A DNA stretch of 64,000 bases from Dysgonamonadaceae bacterium. Lineage in GTDB: Bacteria > Bacteroidota > Bacteroidia > Bacteroidales > Azobacteroidaceae. The notes beneath the pieces were generated by a model. It did no database searches. It saw nothing but the letters and a program-made list of their open reading frames with translations, and was not told where the DNA came from. Positions 10,211 to 20,282 of this stretch are shown here, in pieces; the first letter of the stretch is position 1, and every line of letters begins with the position of its first letter. The position numbers were made by a program, and so were the translations under genes. Where the stretch lies: positions 17,254 to 81,253 of the forward strand of contig JAISOJ010000077.1 in NCBI GenBank assembly GCA_031275735.1. The letters are read 5' to 3'.

Positions 10211-10372
10211 GATGTCGCTGACTGATTCTTTTTCTTTCCAGTCTAATATTCGGTAGGGCTGAGGCAGTTTAGGCATAGCTTCACCCTGTATGTCGCTTTT
10301 TGGTCTATTTTTTCGCCGTAATTGTTGCAGGCAGAGAGAAAAAAGCGCAAATAAAAATGAATGATAGTTCAA
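10184..10372 (-). pseudogene. Truncated remnant of a secreted protein downstream of the MFS gene
   Basis: Signal-like start and MPKLPQPYRILDWKEK segment, ending abruptly at the duplicated promoter block. Confidence 0.45.
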
Positions 10373-11634
10373 TTAGCTGTTTCATGTTCAATTGTATTTG
10401 TATGGTTTATTATGTTTTTACTTAGAGGATAAGCTAATAATTGCAATCCACCGGCGATGATCAATGCATATTTCAAGGCAAAAGTTTCCGATATGCCGTA
10501 AGCTAACAAGATGAAAAGCAATAGACCGAAAACTCTTCCTAAAAACAGACCGAATTCATGACTTAAAATATAAGAATATTCGTTCCTCTTTTCCAATACG
10601 GCAACCGTATCTATTGTTTTCATCATAATAGGAAAATAAGCTAAATCAAACAGGGGTTGGAAAATTACCTTTGCTAAAACGAATAAAATGACTCCCAAGG
10701 AAGAGAATAAAATACCATTGCATAATGTTCCGGTAAAGAAAATCAACATACCGCCTAAAAATATTTTCAACCGGTCTTGCGGTTGGGCGATACGTCCCAA
10801 TACATATACCAAAACTGCCGTCAAGACGCCGCTGATACTTTGTATTAAACCTAAAGTTCCTTCATCGCCCACTAATTGGAGAACTAATATTGCCGGCGTT
10901 GTAACTAAAAAACCTTGTACCATCCCTTTTAAAGAAGACAAGAACAACATTTTTTTCCATAAGATATGGAAGTGGAAGAAAAGGAAACTCTTCTCCTTCG
11001 GATTTGAAAATTTTCCCTTCCAAAGAATCAGGCAAGCCATCAGAGTTACGAGAATAACAACAATGGTTACGATGCGATAGGCAGAATTAATATCAATTTG
11101 TATTCCGGCGATCGTATATCCATCCATTCGGCTGATAAAAACGCCAATCAATAAAGGGACGCCAATAGAGGCGATGGTAAAGAAAAACGATTCCAAGCCA
11201 AAAAAGTAATTCCGGTTGTTGTCGCATGTATTATTGAGCGACAATAGGTAACGGTTTGTCCAAAAAAAGCCGGACGCGATTCCTAATGTAAGACCGGCAA
11301 TCCCCAATGCAATAAAACCCAAAGATTGAATAGTCATCATTCCAAACATAGACAGTCCGCTTACCAGGATGCCGACGGCATAGAGAAACTTTACGTTGCA
11401 TTTTTTCAACAATAAACCATTTATCAACGAAGCGATTACAATTCCTGCATACATCATCAGTTGATAGTAAGCCACCATCACCGGATTATTGGTGTTTCTC
11501 ATCACATAAGCGCCGATAAAAATCTCTACTACGGGAAGCGCCAAGGCATAGAGCATGTTAGTTATCAACAAGACCCGCATGTTCAATGCTTGTTGCCGGA
11601 AAAACAGATATTCTTTCTTCAATTTATTTATCAT
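10369..11634 (-). CDS. MFS transporter
   Basis: 421 aa with ~12 hydrophobic helices; co-oriented with GH130. Confidence 0.85.
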   Translation of the reverse strand: MINKLKKEYLFFRQQALNMRVLLITNMLYALALPVVEIFIGAYVMRNTNNPVMVAYYQLMMYAGIVIASLINGLLLKKCNVKFLYAVGILVSGLSMFGMMTIQSLGFIALGIAGLTLGIASGFFWTNRYLLSLNNTCDNNRNYFFGLESFFFTIASIGVPLLIGVFISRMDGYTIAGIQIDINSAYRIVTIVVILVTLMACLILWKGKFSNPKEKSFLFFHFHILWKKMLFLSSLKGMVQGFLVTTPAILVLQLVGDEGTLGLIQSISGVLTAVLVYVLGRIAQPQDRLKIFLGGMLIFFTGTLCNGILFSSLGVILFVLAKVIFQPLFDLAYFPIMMKTIDTVAVLEKRNEYSYILSHEFGLFLGRVFGLLLFILLAYGISETFALKYALIIAGGLQLLAYPLSKNIINHTNTIEHETAN

Positions 11635-11649
11635 CTCTTTATTTTTGTT

Positions 11650-12693
11650 TTATTTTAATGAATCTAAAATTTCCGAAATGGAAAAATCGGCAAGGCAGAT
11701 TACTTCGTCACTGGCTCCATAATACAAGTGAATGGTATCGCCTTCGATCCAGTGTCCGTTAGTAAAAACGACGTTTCCGAAAAAACCGGTTTGTTCATAA
11801 GGATAGACAGGTTCCATAATTGGTTCTTTACTTCGAGCAAGCACTTTCGACGGATTATTCGTATCCAGCAGGAGCGCTCCCAAGCAGTAGCGATGATTGC
11901 TATCGGCTCCGTGATATATTTCCAACCAACCTTCCTGAGTTTGAATGGGAGAAGCTCCGGCTCCGATGCGGGCGCTATCCCACATGCCTTTTCTTGTTGT
12001 AGCTACGCATTGATGATTACCCCAATGCAAACGATCGGGCGATTCTGCCAACCATATATAATTTCCGCCTAATTCCGGACTACTTGGACGATGGAGTGCA
12101 TAGTAGCGATTATTGATTTTCGATTCGAAAAAGGCGCAATCTTTATTATGTGGCGGAAATATCATTCCGTGGCGAGTAAATTCTTTCCAATCCGTTGTAT
12201 GCATTAACCCTACGCCTACAGCAACCGGCGACACTTCCGTAAAAGTGAGAAAAAAACCATCCGAAGTGGTTGCTATCCTGCAATCTTCGATGCCGAACGA
12301 TTCGAGCGTGCCTTTACCCAAAATAGGCGGATAATCCGGCTCTTCGTGGAAATGAATACCATCTTCGCTGAAAACCAAGCGTAAATAAGATAGCGTAGTT
12401 AAATAATTTTCTCCCTTATAGGCAATTACACGCGGGTCGGAAGCATCTAAATTCGGATCGTTTTTATCAAACGATAGAAGTTCTATTTTTCCTTCCGTAT
12501 TGTATACGGGAAAACTGATGACGCCTTCCTGCTGAATAGGCCGCTCGGCTACTCGCAACAATAATCCTGTTTTTCCTTTATATCTGAAAACGCCCGGATT
12601 AAGCAGGCAGGCAATTTCCATTCTCTCTATTCCTGCTTTTAGGTCGGAAGGAGAAAGAATAGGATTTTTTTCTGATCTTTTTGCAATATCCAT
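11650..12693 (-). CDS. Glycoside hydrolase family 130 (beta-mannoside phosphorylase/mannosidase)
   Basis: NPIL, LNPGV, GIEDCRI, HNKD, HRP, YHGA, NVVF and YYGASD motifs; start chosen at MDIAKRS. Confidence 0.9.
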   Translation of the reverse strand: MDIAKRSEKNPILSPSDLKAGIERMEIACLLNPGVFRYKGKTGLLLRVAERPIQQEGVISFPVYNTEGKIELLSFDKNDPNLDASDPRVIAYKGENYLTTLSYLRLVFSEDGIHFHEEPDYPPILGKGTLESFGIEDCRIATTSDGFFLTFTEVSPVAVGVGLMHTTDWKEFTRHGMIFPPHNKDCAFFESKINNRYYALHRPSSPELGGNYIWLAESPDRLHWGNHQCVATTRKGMWDSARIGAGASPIQTQEGWLEIYHGADSNHRYCLGALLLDTNNPSKVLARSKEPIMEPVYPYEQTGFFGNVVFTNGHWIEGDTIHLYYGASDEVICLADFSISEILDSLK

Positions 12694-12806
12694 TGTTTGC
12701 TTATAAATTAGTTTCAGGTACAAAAATATGCCATGTATTTATTTGAGGATGTACACTATTTTTTCAAAAGAGTATATTATTTCATAATATGCTATTTAAT
12801 AGAAAA

Positions 12807-13001
12807 TTACAATGGGGCTTGTTTTTTATATTCTTTAGGTGTCAGGTTGTATATCTTTTGAAATTTACGGTAAAAAGCCGATTTGTTATTGTATCCGCAT
12901 TGAAACATAATTTCCTGAACGGTATGATTTGTGGCGAGCAAAAGGCGAGTTGCATATTTCATTCTGACGGTGCGGATCAACTCCATAAGTATAGGCGGCA
13001 A
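12807..13001 (-). pseudogene. C-terminal AraC HTH remnant (of an HTCS/AraC regulator)
   Basis: RMKYATRLL...TVQEIMFQCGYNNKSAFYRKFQKIYNLTPKEY; the N-terminus is replaced by IS sequence. Confidence 0.8.
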
Positions 13002-13003
13002 TG

Positions 13004-13560
13004 TTATTCGTGAATAGACATTACAAAAATAGAAGCGTAATGTGCAGGGTTTCGGCAGCTTCCCTTTTCTGCCTCATTGATGGCCATATCCAACACGGTT
13101 GCTTTCCATTCCATCTGTTTGGCGCTATCGGATTTTGCCGACACGTGGCCGGTTTGAAGATGTTTGGATCCCGGCTTTTTGATGAACTTGCGAACCTGTG
13201 TTAATCCCCTTGAAATACCGGTCAGCTCATATATTTTGTGCGAAAACTCTTTGGTCGTCTGTATCAAGCTATCCGAAAAGGACAGCTTGATTTTTTCTGC
13301 ATGCTGTTCCATTTCACTTATCGGAGAACGGTAACGCAAAATACTCAAACCTTCTGGCCCTTCTTCCCTGTAAATACGTATCCATGCATCAACGCTGTTC
13401 CTGTGGGTATCCGGCCCTTCTCCTATATAGCTGTTGCTTAACACCATGACAGACTTAAGGTAAACCGCATGTAATCTTTTTTGAATAATCGGGCTTTTTT
13501 CCCGAAATCTTTTGTAATTTAGCTCCCGAATTTCTTCCGTGAATAAATTCATTTGCATAA
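13004..13560 (-). mobile_element. IS630-family transposase fragment (N-terminal HTH region, no DDE domain)
   Basis: IIQKRLHAVYLKS...HRNSVDAWIRIYREEG...TGISRGLTQVRKFIKK...GHVSAKSD. Confidence 0.7.
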
Positions 13561-13578
13561 GCATATCGCATTTTCTTT

Positions 13579-13804
13579 CAGGGCAAACGCACGAAAATAA
13601 TATAGATGTCTCCACGCAGTCGCTACGCTCCTTTGGTCGACAGGACGATGACTCCATAAAAAATGAGGGAGGGAACAGCAGCGCGTTGAGGGCGAAACCG
13701 CCAACGCGCGGCAGTTTCCCCATTAACAACACGATACGCCGTCATGTCGACCGAGCGTAAGCGAGTGGAGACATCTAAATCTCAATTTTCGTGCGTTTGC
13801 CCTG
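13579..13804. mobile_element. 226-bp MITE with 20-bp terminal inverted repeats and a 9-bp target-site duplication
   Basis: CAGGGCAAACGCACGAAAAT (13579-13598) / ATTTTCGTGCGTTTGCCCTG (13785-13804); ATTTTCTTT at 13570-13578 and 13805-13813; internal nested palindromes. Confidence 0.9.
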
Positions 13805-14091
13805 ATTTTCTTTAGTAAGTTTTGCAAATATGCTTATTCTTTTTTATTGTATAAAATTATACCGCGCAAAGTATAACAGATAAAACAGCGCGTTGAATAT
13901 TTCTCTTAATTCATACTTACGCTTGCAAGTGTCGCCAATTATTTGTAATATTGCATCCTATTGGCTGTCGGTTAAGTTTGTCCGATAATTTATCATCGTT
14001 CTTTATGTATTGATAATCACAAAGATACGAAATATTATCAATATAAACAACCGATAATCAATGTTTTATCCTAAATTTAAACAGTTTCTAA

Positions 14092-15324
14092 ATGAAAATG
14101 AAAATGAAAAAACTTTTTTTGTCAGCGATTCTCTTATCGCTGACCATATCCGCTTCATCGCAAAAATTTGAAAATTTGGCTAAAACGCCTCAAATGGGTT
14201 GGAACAGTTGGAATACATTTGCAACAAACATCAATGAACAATTAGTAAAAGATATAGCCGACATCTTTATCAGCTCGGGATTGAAAGATGCAGGCTACGA
14301 GTACATTCTGTTAGACGACGGTTGGATGGATATGCAGAGGGACAAAAGCGGAAATTTGGTTCCTCATCCGGTAAAATTTCCGAACGGAATCAAAGCCGTT
14401 TCCGACTATGTTCATTCCAAAGGCTTAAAATTCGGTTTGTACAATTGTGCCGGAAATAAAACCTGCGCCGGCTATCCCGGAAGCCGCGGACATGAATATC
14501 AGGATGCGTTGAAATATGCCGAATGGGGCGTCGATTATTTGAAATACGATTGGTGCGATACGGGAGAACTCAATCCGAAAGAAGCATATACCACCATGCG
14601 CGACGCCCTGTATGCCGCAGGCCGGCCTGTATTTTTAAGTATATGCGAATGGGGAGATGCCGAACCTTGGGAGTGGGCGGGCAATATAGGTCACAGCTGG
14701 AGAACTACCGGAGATATTTTCGCCTGTTTCGATTGTATTGAAGACCACGGAACATGGAAATCCTGGGGGGTGATGCAAATATTGAATATGCATGATAATA
14801 CTATTTTGCGCAAAGCGGCCGGTCCCGGTCACTGGAACGACATGGATATGTTGGAAGTAGGAAACGGTAACTTGACATTCCACGAAAACCAATCTCATTT
14901 TGCTCTTTGGGCTATTCTTAATTCTCCTTTGATTCTCGGAAATGATTTAAGAAATATGAGCGAAGAAACGTTGAGTATCCTTAAAAACAAAGATATTATT
15001 GCGCTGAATCAGGATGCATTGGGGATTCAAGGATTTAAATACACGGATATGGGAAGCGTTGAAGTTTGGGTAAAACCATTAGTCAATGGCGAATGGGCCA
15101 TTTGCTTCTTGAATCATTCAACTACAGGCGCAGTGGAATTTGAGTTTGATTGGAATGAGCAAATCGTTAAAGATGAAGTATTTGGAAATGAAGTTGCTTT
15201 TTCCGGAAAAAATGTATATAAAATCAAGGATTTATATACGGGAAAAGCGATGGGAGATACCCAAAAAGTGCTGAAAGGAAAATTGGAAAAAAACCAGTCG
15301 TTAGTAGTACGGATTTATAAATAA
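14092..15324 (+). CDS. GH27 alpha-galactosidase
   Basis: TPQMGWNSWN, LDDGW, VDYLKYDWC, SWRTTGDI, WNDMDML. Confidence 0.95.
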   Translation: MKMKMKKLFLSAILLSLTISASSQKFENLAKTPQMGWNSWNTFATNINEQLVKDIADIFISSGLKDAGYEYILLDDGWMDMQRDKSGNLVPHPVKFPNGIKAVSDYVHSKGLKFGLYNCAGNKTCAGYPGSRGHEYQDALKYAEWGVDYLKYDWCDTGELNPKEAYTTMRDALYAAGRPVFLSICEWGDAEPWEWAGNIGHSWRTTGDIFACFDCIEDHGTWKSWGVMQILNMHDNTILRKAAGPGHWNDMDMLEVGNGNLTFHENQSHFALWAILNSPLILGNDLRNMSEETLSILKNKDIIALNQDALGIQGFKYTDMGSVEVWVKPLVNGEWAICFLNHSTTGAVEFEFDWNEQIVKDEVFGNEVAFSGKNVYKIKDLYTGKAMGDTQKVLKGKLEKNQSLVVRIYK

Positions 15325-15369
15325 ACCTTAATAAAAACAATCGTCCTAACAAACTTTTCGGGAGCTCTA

Positions 15370-15401
15370 AAAAGGATTTTTCCTACAGGAAAAATCCTTT
15401 T
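15370..15401 (+). terminator. Intrinsic terminator after GH27
   Basis: AAAAGGATTTTTCCT-ac-AGGAAAAATCCTTTT inverted repeat. Confidence 0.75.
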
Positions 15402-15676
15402 TCTCGTTGGAAAAAAAGATAATGTAAAATTCATACCATTATCGTTTTTATCAAAAAAACATGGATAAGTCCTTTTGACTGTATTTGTCATTCTGGGCTT
15501 GCCCCCATCGCTGTCCGGATAATGCCGGAGGCATTAAACTAAATAAAAAACAAGTATTGCAGATATCATAGAATACCGTATGAGTATTGATTTTTCTCAA
15601 AATTATACAGCTTAAAAATTAAATGCATGGATCTTAATAAATATGGCCAGCGATTCAGGGAGAAAAAAATAAAAAC

Positions 15677-15829
15677 AGTAAAATGAGCTTAATTTTAAGA
15701 AAATACGAAATATAAATTTTAAATTTTTTCTTATTAACCTTTTTCTTAATGTTTTTATTAACCTGGAACCTTTTTATTTGCACCATAAATTTAGCACACT
15801 TAAGTTTTATGAATAAAAAATATAGATTA
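15677..15829 (+). promoter_or_regulatory. Duplicated promoter/5' region, copy 2 (upstream of the PUL lipoprotein)
   Basis: Homologous to 10044-10210. Confidence 0.75.
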
Positions 15830-17101
15830 CTACTCATCTTAATTGTTTCTGCGATTTACCCGGGAATTTATATTAGTTGCTCGGCCGAAAAAAAAGAAAA
15901 ATTTTCAAACTCTTCTCCTTATTATTTTGACGGTTCCATATCGAGGGATGTGTTGGAAAATTATTTGGACCGCGCTGTCACAGCCGGTTATTTTCTTGTA
16001 CAAGGGACTCCCGAAGGTTATCAATTTCCTTATAGAGAAGACGATATTCGCATGCTTCAAAACATCGGAGCCAAATTTATTGGTCGCGCCATTTACCGTT
16101 GGAGTGAAGAAGGCCGCTTGGGCGATCCTGCATTTTTGGATTATGCCCAAAAACTCATTGAACGGATGCACGATTACGATCCTGAAATCATTTTCCAGGG
16201 ATGCCTTTTCGAACATGTAAGTTCCGATGCCAATAACTTAAAAATTCCGGCGTGGGTTTTTGAGGCATTCAACCTTCCTGCGGAAGAACGTAATTTCAAA
16301 GTGGAAGATATGATCAAACGGAGCGATCCGGAAGGAGAAGTGCTTATGCGTAGCCGGGGCGGAGGTTCACCCATCATCAATAATCTCGAAACCAAAATGT
16401 GGTTTTATTTTCTGGCTAAATCTTATATCGATATTGGTTGCGAAGCTTTCCATTTGGGTCAAGTAGAAGTTATCGGCAGGGACGATCCTTCTAAAATCCA
16501 TTATGCCGAATTGATTGCTAAGATACGTGAATACGCCCAAAAAAATGCCCGCCGGCATTACGTCCTCTTAGACGCTCACACCCCATTTCACGGATTTATC
16601 AAAGAGGGAGTCAGCTTGCTGGATTTTAATTCTTTTCCGCTTCGGATAAAAGAAGTGTCCGACAAACCAATGGAAGGAATACTGGAAGTAGGTCATAGCG
16701 ATGGTCTCTATCAAAAAAGCCAAGGCGCGATTTCCCCCAGCGGGTGGAAAGCTGAAAGTATGCCTTACCTCGTCGAATTCGACAATTTCGGTGTAAGACG
16801 AGAACCTCCCATAGGCGTGGCGAATCTTAACGATCATTTCTGTTGGGGATACGACGATATTACATGGTTTGCCGTTCAGGATGAAGATTACCGTAACCGA
16901 TGGTTGTGGTATGCGTTTGACTGGTTACGTGAAACCGATCCGAACGGTCATCTTCAAATGTGCGTAATTCGAATGATTTCCGGCCCTACTGCTTCCCAAA
17001 CGCTCCGGTCGTATTTTGCCAATACAAAAAGCAACGCTTGTCCGGTCGGTTTTTCGCAAGAAGAAACCATAAAAAAAATATGGAATACAAGATTAAAGTA
17101 A
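15809..17101 (+). CDS. PUL-associated lipoprotein, uncharacterised (possible glycoside hydrolase-like fold)
   Basis: MNKKYRLLLILIVSAIYPGIYISC lipoprotein-like signal; lies directly upstream of susC. Confidence 0.7.
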   Translation: MNKKYRLLLILIVSAIYPGIYISCSAEKKEKFSNSSPYYFDGSISRDVLENYLDRAVTAGYFLVQGTPEGYQFPYREDDIRMLQNIGAKFIGRAIYRWSEEGRLGDPAFLDYAQKLIERMHDYDPEIIFQGCLFEHVSSDANNLKIPAWVFEAFNLPAEERNFKVEDMIKRSDPEGEVLMRSRGGGSPIINNLETKMWFYFLAKSYIDIGCEAFHLGQVEVIGRDDPSKIHYAELIAKIREYAQKNARRHYVLLDAHTPFHGFIKEGVSLLDFNSFPLRIKEVSDKPMEGILEVGHSDGLYQKSQGAISPSGWKAESMPYLVEFDNFGVRREPPIGVANLNDHFCWGYDDITWFAVQDEDYRNRWLWYAFDWLRETDPNGHLQMCVIRMISGPTASQTLRSYFANTKSNACPVGFSQEETIKKIWNTRLK

Positions 17102-17255
17102 ACTTAAAAATAAATGTATGCCTATGGAATAAAACAATAAAATTTCACACATTTTTTCTAATTTGCAAAAATACGGAAAAATATGTTAAATTCTGCACTG
17201 CAGAATATTTTTAGCGAGACAATTAATCTAATACAAATTAACAATTAAATTTAGT

Positions 17256-20200
17256 ATGAAAAACATTATTTTGAAAATTACCGCGTCGGCTTTTTTGTTA
17301 CAGTTCTTGTTCATTGCACAATTAATTGCTACAGAAATCCCCACGCAAACAGTCAATCGAAATTCGACAACTCAATCCGGAAGAACAATTACAGGTATTA
17401 TAACGGATAAAGACGGAGAAGTGTTGCCGGGAGTGAGCGTTATCGAAAAAAAGAGTAACGCTGTAGCAATAACTGATGCTGAAGGAGAGTATACGATTAA
17501 TGTTCCCGATGGGAATGTGGTATTATCATTTTCTTATATTGGCTATACCGCGCAAGAAATCGTTGTAGGAAACCGGAATATCATCGACGTAAAAATGATG
17601 GAAAGCAGTATCGCAATCGATGAAGTTATCGTAATCGGATATGGTACTCAAAAGAGAAATGAAGTCACGGCCGCCGTATCTTCGTTAAGAGAAGATGCCT
17701 TTAACACAACTGCGGCTCCTTCCAGCGTCTTGGAACTTGCTCAAGGAAAATTAGCCGGAGTAACCATTACGACTCCTAATGGTACAGACCCACGTTCAGA
17801 TACTGAAATTCAGATACGCGGCGTATCTTCAATCACAGGAGGAACACGTCCGCTGATCGTTATCGACGGAGTGCCGGGAAGTGATTTGAGTCTAGTGCAA
17901 CCGGAAGACATTGAATCATTCAGCGTGTTGAAAGACGCATCGGCAGCAGCTATTTACGGTACGCGAGGAGCTAACGGCGTTGTGCTGATAACGACAAAAA
18001 AGGCAAAATTGGGCGTTCAAAAACCGGTTTTTGATTATTCGTCTTCCGTTTCGCACGGGTACGTATATCGTAGTCCCAAAGTCCTTTCCGCCGCACAATA
18101 CAGGGAATATATGAACTCGGGCGGATACAATACGGCGTCTATGACCGACTATGGAGGCGACACCGATTGGTTGGGCGAAATGATTGATACCGGCAATATG
18201 TCGCAAAATCATAATCTCTCTATTGCAGGCGGCGCAAATAGATCGGGTTATCGTGCTTCGGTTTATTACCGGGATTTTAATCCGATTGCCCGCGAAAGCG
18301 ATCAAACCTCTTGGGGTGGACGTTTGAATATTACCCACTGGGGCTTGAACGACAAACTGGAAGTCCAATTAAATTTGAGCGCCAATTTCCGTAAACGGAA
18401 CATGACGGGAAGCAATGATGCTTTCGAACAAGCGGCTCAACGCAATCCGACGATGAATCCGAAAGATAGCAATGGAAACTGGATCGACGACCAAGGGTTT
18501 GGCTCTTACAATCCTCTGGCAAACTACGCCACAAAAGAAGATTTAGCCCGTCGCACTACTTTACTAGGCTCAAGTAAGATAACATTGCATATCACCGATG
18601 ATTTACGGGTTTCTACTATGGCTTCTTGGCAGCAATACGACGATTTGCGTAGTCAGTACCTAACCAAAGACAGTAAAGCATCTACTGATAGCTATAGCGG
18701 AGGTGGGAGAGCGCAAAAGTGGCAAGAGCAAGACGTTTTAAAAACAATCGAATCAACAATTGATTATTCGCGGACATTCAATACTATCCACGCCGTTAAT
18801 ATTGTCGCCGGACACAGCTATCAATATCAAGTCAATGAAAAATTCGACGCATGGAACTCCGGTTTCCAAACCGATATTTTCAAATACAACAATTTGGGAA
18901 GCGGAACAGGAGTGAGTCAGGGTACAAGTTTTGCTGGTATAGGAAGCGATAAACAAGATAGCAAATTAGCTGCTTTTTTCGGACGTATCAATTATGTCCT
19001 TATGGATAAATATCAGTTATCGGCTACTTTCCGTTATGAAGGCTCATCGCGCTTCGGTCCCAACAACCGTTGGGGTAGTTTTCCCGCTATATCAGCTGGT
19101 TGGGTAATTAGTAAGGAAGCATTTATGAAAGACGTTACATTTGTCAATAACTTGAAATTACGGGCTGGATTTGGTGTTACGGGAAATCAGGATATTCCCA
19201 ATTACCGGTATATGATAACCCTTACGCCAAATTCTACTTATCCGGTTGATAATACGGTATGGAACAGCGCTTATCGCCCATCCCGCAATCCAAATCCTGA
19301 TTTGAAATGGGAAAAAAAGGAAGAGTACAATATCGGAGTCGTTTTTTCTTTCCTTTCGAACCGTTTGGGAGGCTCGATTGACGTTTATAACCGGACTACT
19401 AAAGACCTTCTTTATACTTATACTACGCAGTTGCCTCCTTTTGTGCTTAGCGACATTTACACTAATGTCGGAACCATGGTTAATAAAGGGATTGAATTTG
19501 GTTTAACGGCTATGCCCATTGTCAATAAAGATTTTTCATGGAATGTAAATGCTACTTTCACCTACCAGAAAAATAATGTAAAATCTTTTTCCAACCAACT
19601 TTATAAAGGGACTTTTATAGATAATTACCAATTTACCGGCGTCGGTTATCTGGGTTATGCCGTTCGTACCGAAGAAGGAGTTCCACTCGGTTCTTTTTAT
19701 GGGCATCGCTATGCCGGTTTGGATGAAAACGGAGAATGGTTGTTCTATAATAAAAACAACCAAGCCGTATCGTTTAGGGAAATCACCGATGAAGACAAGA
19801 CTTATATTGGAAATGGAAATCCTAAATATTACGCATCTTTAGGCAATACGTTCAAGTACAAAAATTGGGATCTGACCGTGTTCTTACGTGGAAAATTCGA
19901 CTTTAAAATACTCAATACAAAAGAATTATACTACGGAAACTTAGCATGGCTGCCGCAAAACGTGTTGGAATCGGCTACAACGAAACATTCCAACATACAC
20001 GTATCCATGCAATATTCGGATTATTACTTGGAAAACGGTGATTTTGTCAAATTAGATAACCTCACTTTGGGATATACTTTTAATCTGAAGAACCGGAATT
20101 GGGTTCGTAAACTCAGGATATACGCCGCCGCACAAAATTTAGCGACTATTACCGGTTATAGCGGAACAACTCCCGAAGTTAGAGACACAGGACTTACTCC

Positions 20201-20270
20201 CGGTATTGAAGAACGGACGTTCTATCCCGTTGCTACGACTATTTTATTTGGACTTAATTTAGGATTTTAA
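17256..20270 (+). CDS. susC: SusC/RagA-family TonB-dependent receptor
   Basis: IGYGTQKR, PLIVIDGVPG, VLKDASAAAIYGTRGANGVVLITTK, C-terminal FGLNLGF. Confidence 0.95.
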   Translation: MKNIILKITASAFLLQFLFIAQLIATEIPTQTVNRNSTTQSGRTITGIITDKDGEVLPGVSVIEKKSNAVAITDAEGEYTINVPDGNVVLSFSYIGYTAQEIVVGNRNIIDVKMMESSIAIDEVIVIGYGTQKRNEVTAAVSSLREDAFNTTAAPSSVLELAQGKLAGVTITTPNGTDPRSDTEIQIRGVSSITGGTRPLIVIDGVPGSDLSLVQPEDIESFSVLKDASAAAIYGTRGANGVVLITTKKAKLGVQKPVFDYSSSVSHGYVYRSPKVLSAAQYREYMNSGGYNTASMTDYGGDTDWLGEMIDTGNMSQNHNLSIAGGANRSGYRASVYYRDFNPIARESDQTSWGGRLNITHWGLNDKLEVQLNLSANFRKRNMTGSNDAFEQAAQRNPTMNPKDSNGNWIDDQGFGSYNPLANYATKEDLARRTTLLGSSKITLHITDDLRVSTMASWQQYDDLRSQYLTKDSKASTDSYSGGGRAQKWQEQDVLKTIESTIDYSRTFNTIHAVNIVAGHSYQYQVNEKFDAWNSGFQTDIFKYNNLGSGTGVSQGTSFAGIGSDKQDSKLAAFFGRINYVLMDKYQLSATFRYEGSSRFGPNNRWGSFPAISAGWVISKEAFMKDVTFVNNLKLRAGFGVTGNQDIPNYRYMITLTPNSTYPVDNTVWNSAYRPSRNPNPDLKWEKKEEYNIGVVFSFLSNRLGGSIDVYNRTTKDLLYTYTTQLPPFVLSDIYTNVGTMVNKGIEFGLTAMPIVNKDFSWNVNATFTYQKNNVKSFSNQLYKGTFIDNYQFTGVGYLGYAVRTEEGVPLGSFYGHRYAGLDENGEWLFYNKNNQAVSFREITDEDKTYIGNGNPKYYASLGNTFKYKNWDLTVFLRGKFDFKILNTKELYYGNLAWLPQNVLESATTKHSNIHVSMQYSDYYLENGDFVKLDNLTLGYTFNLKNRNWVRKLRIYAAAQNLATITGYSGTTPEVRDTGLTPGIEERTFYPVATTILFGLNLGF

Positions 20271-20282
20271 AATTGACGCATC

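Noticed and set aside
13004-13732. 242-aa ORF as a real protein
   Set aside because: Its first ~50 codons come from the MITE and the rest is a transposase fragment
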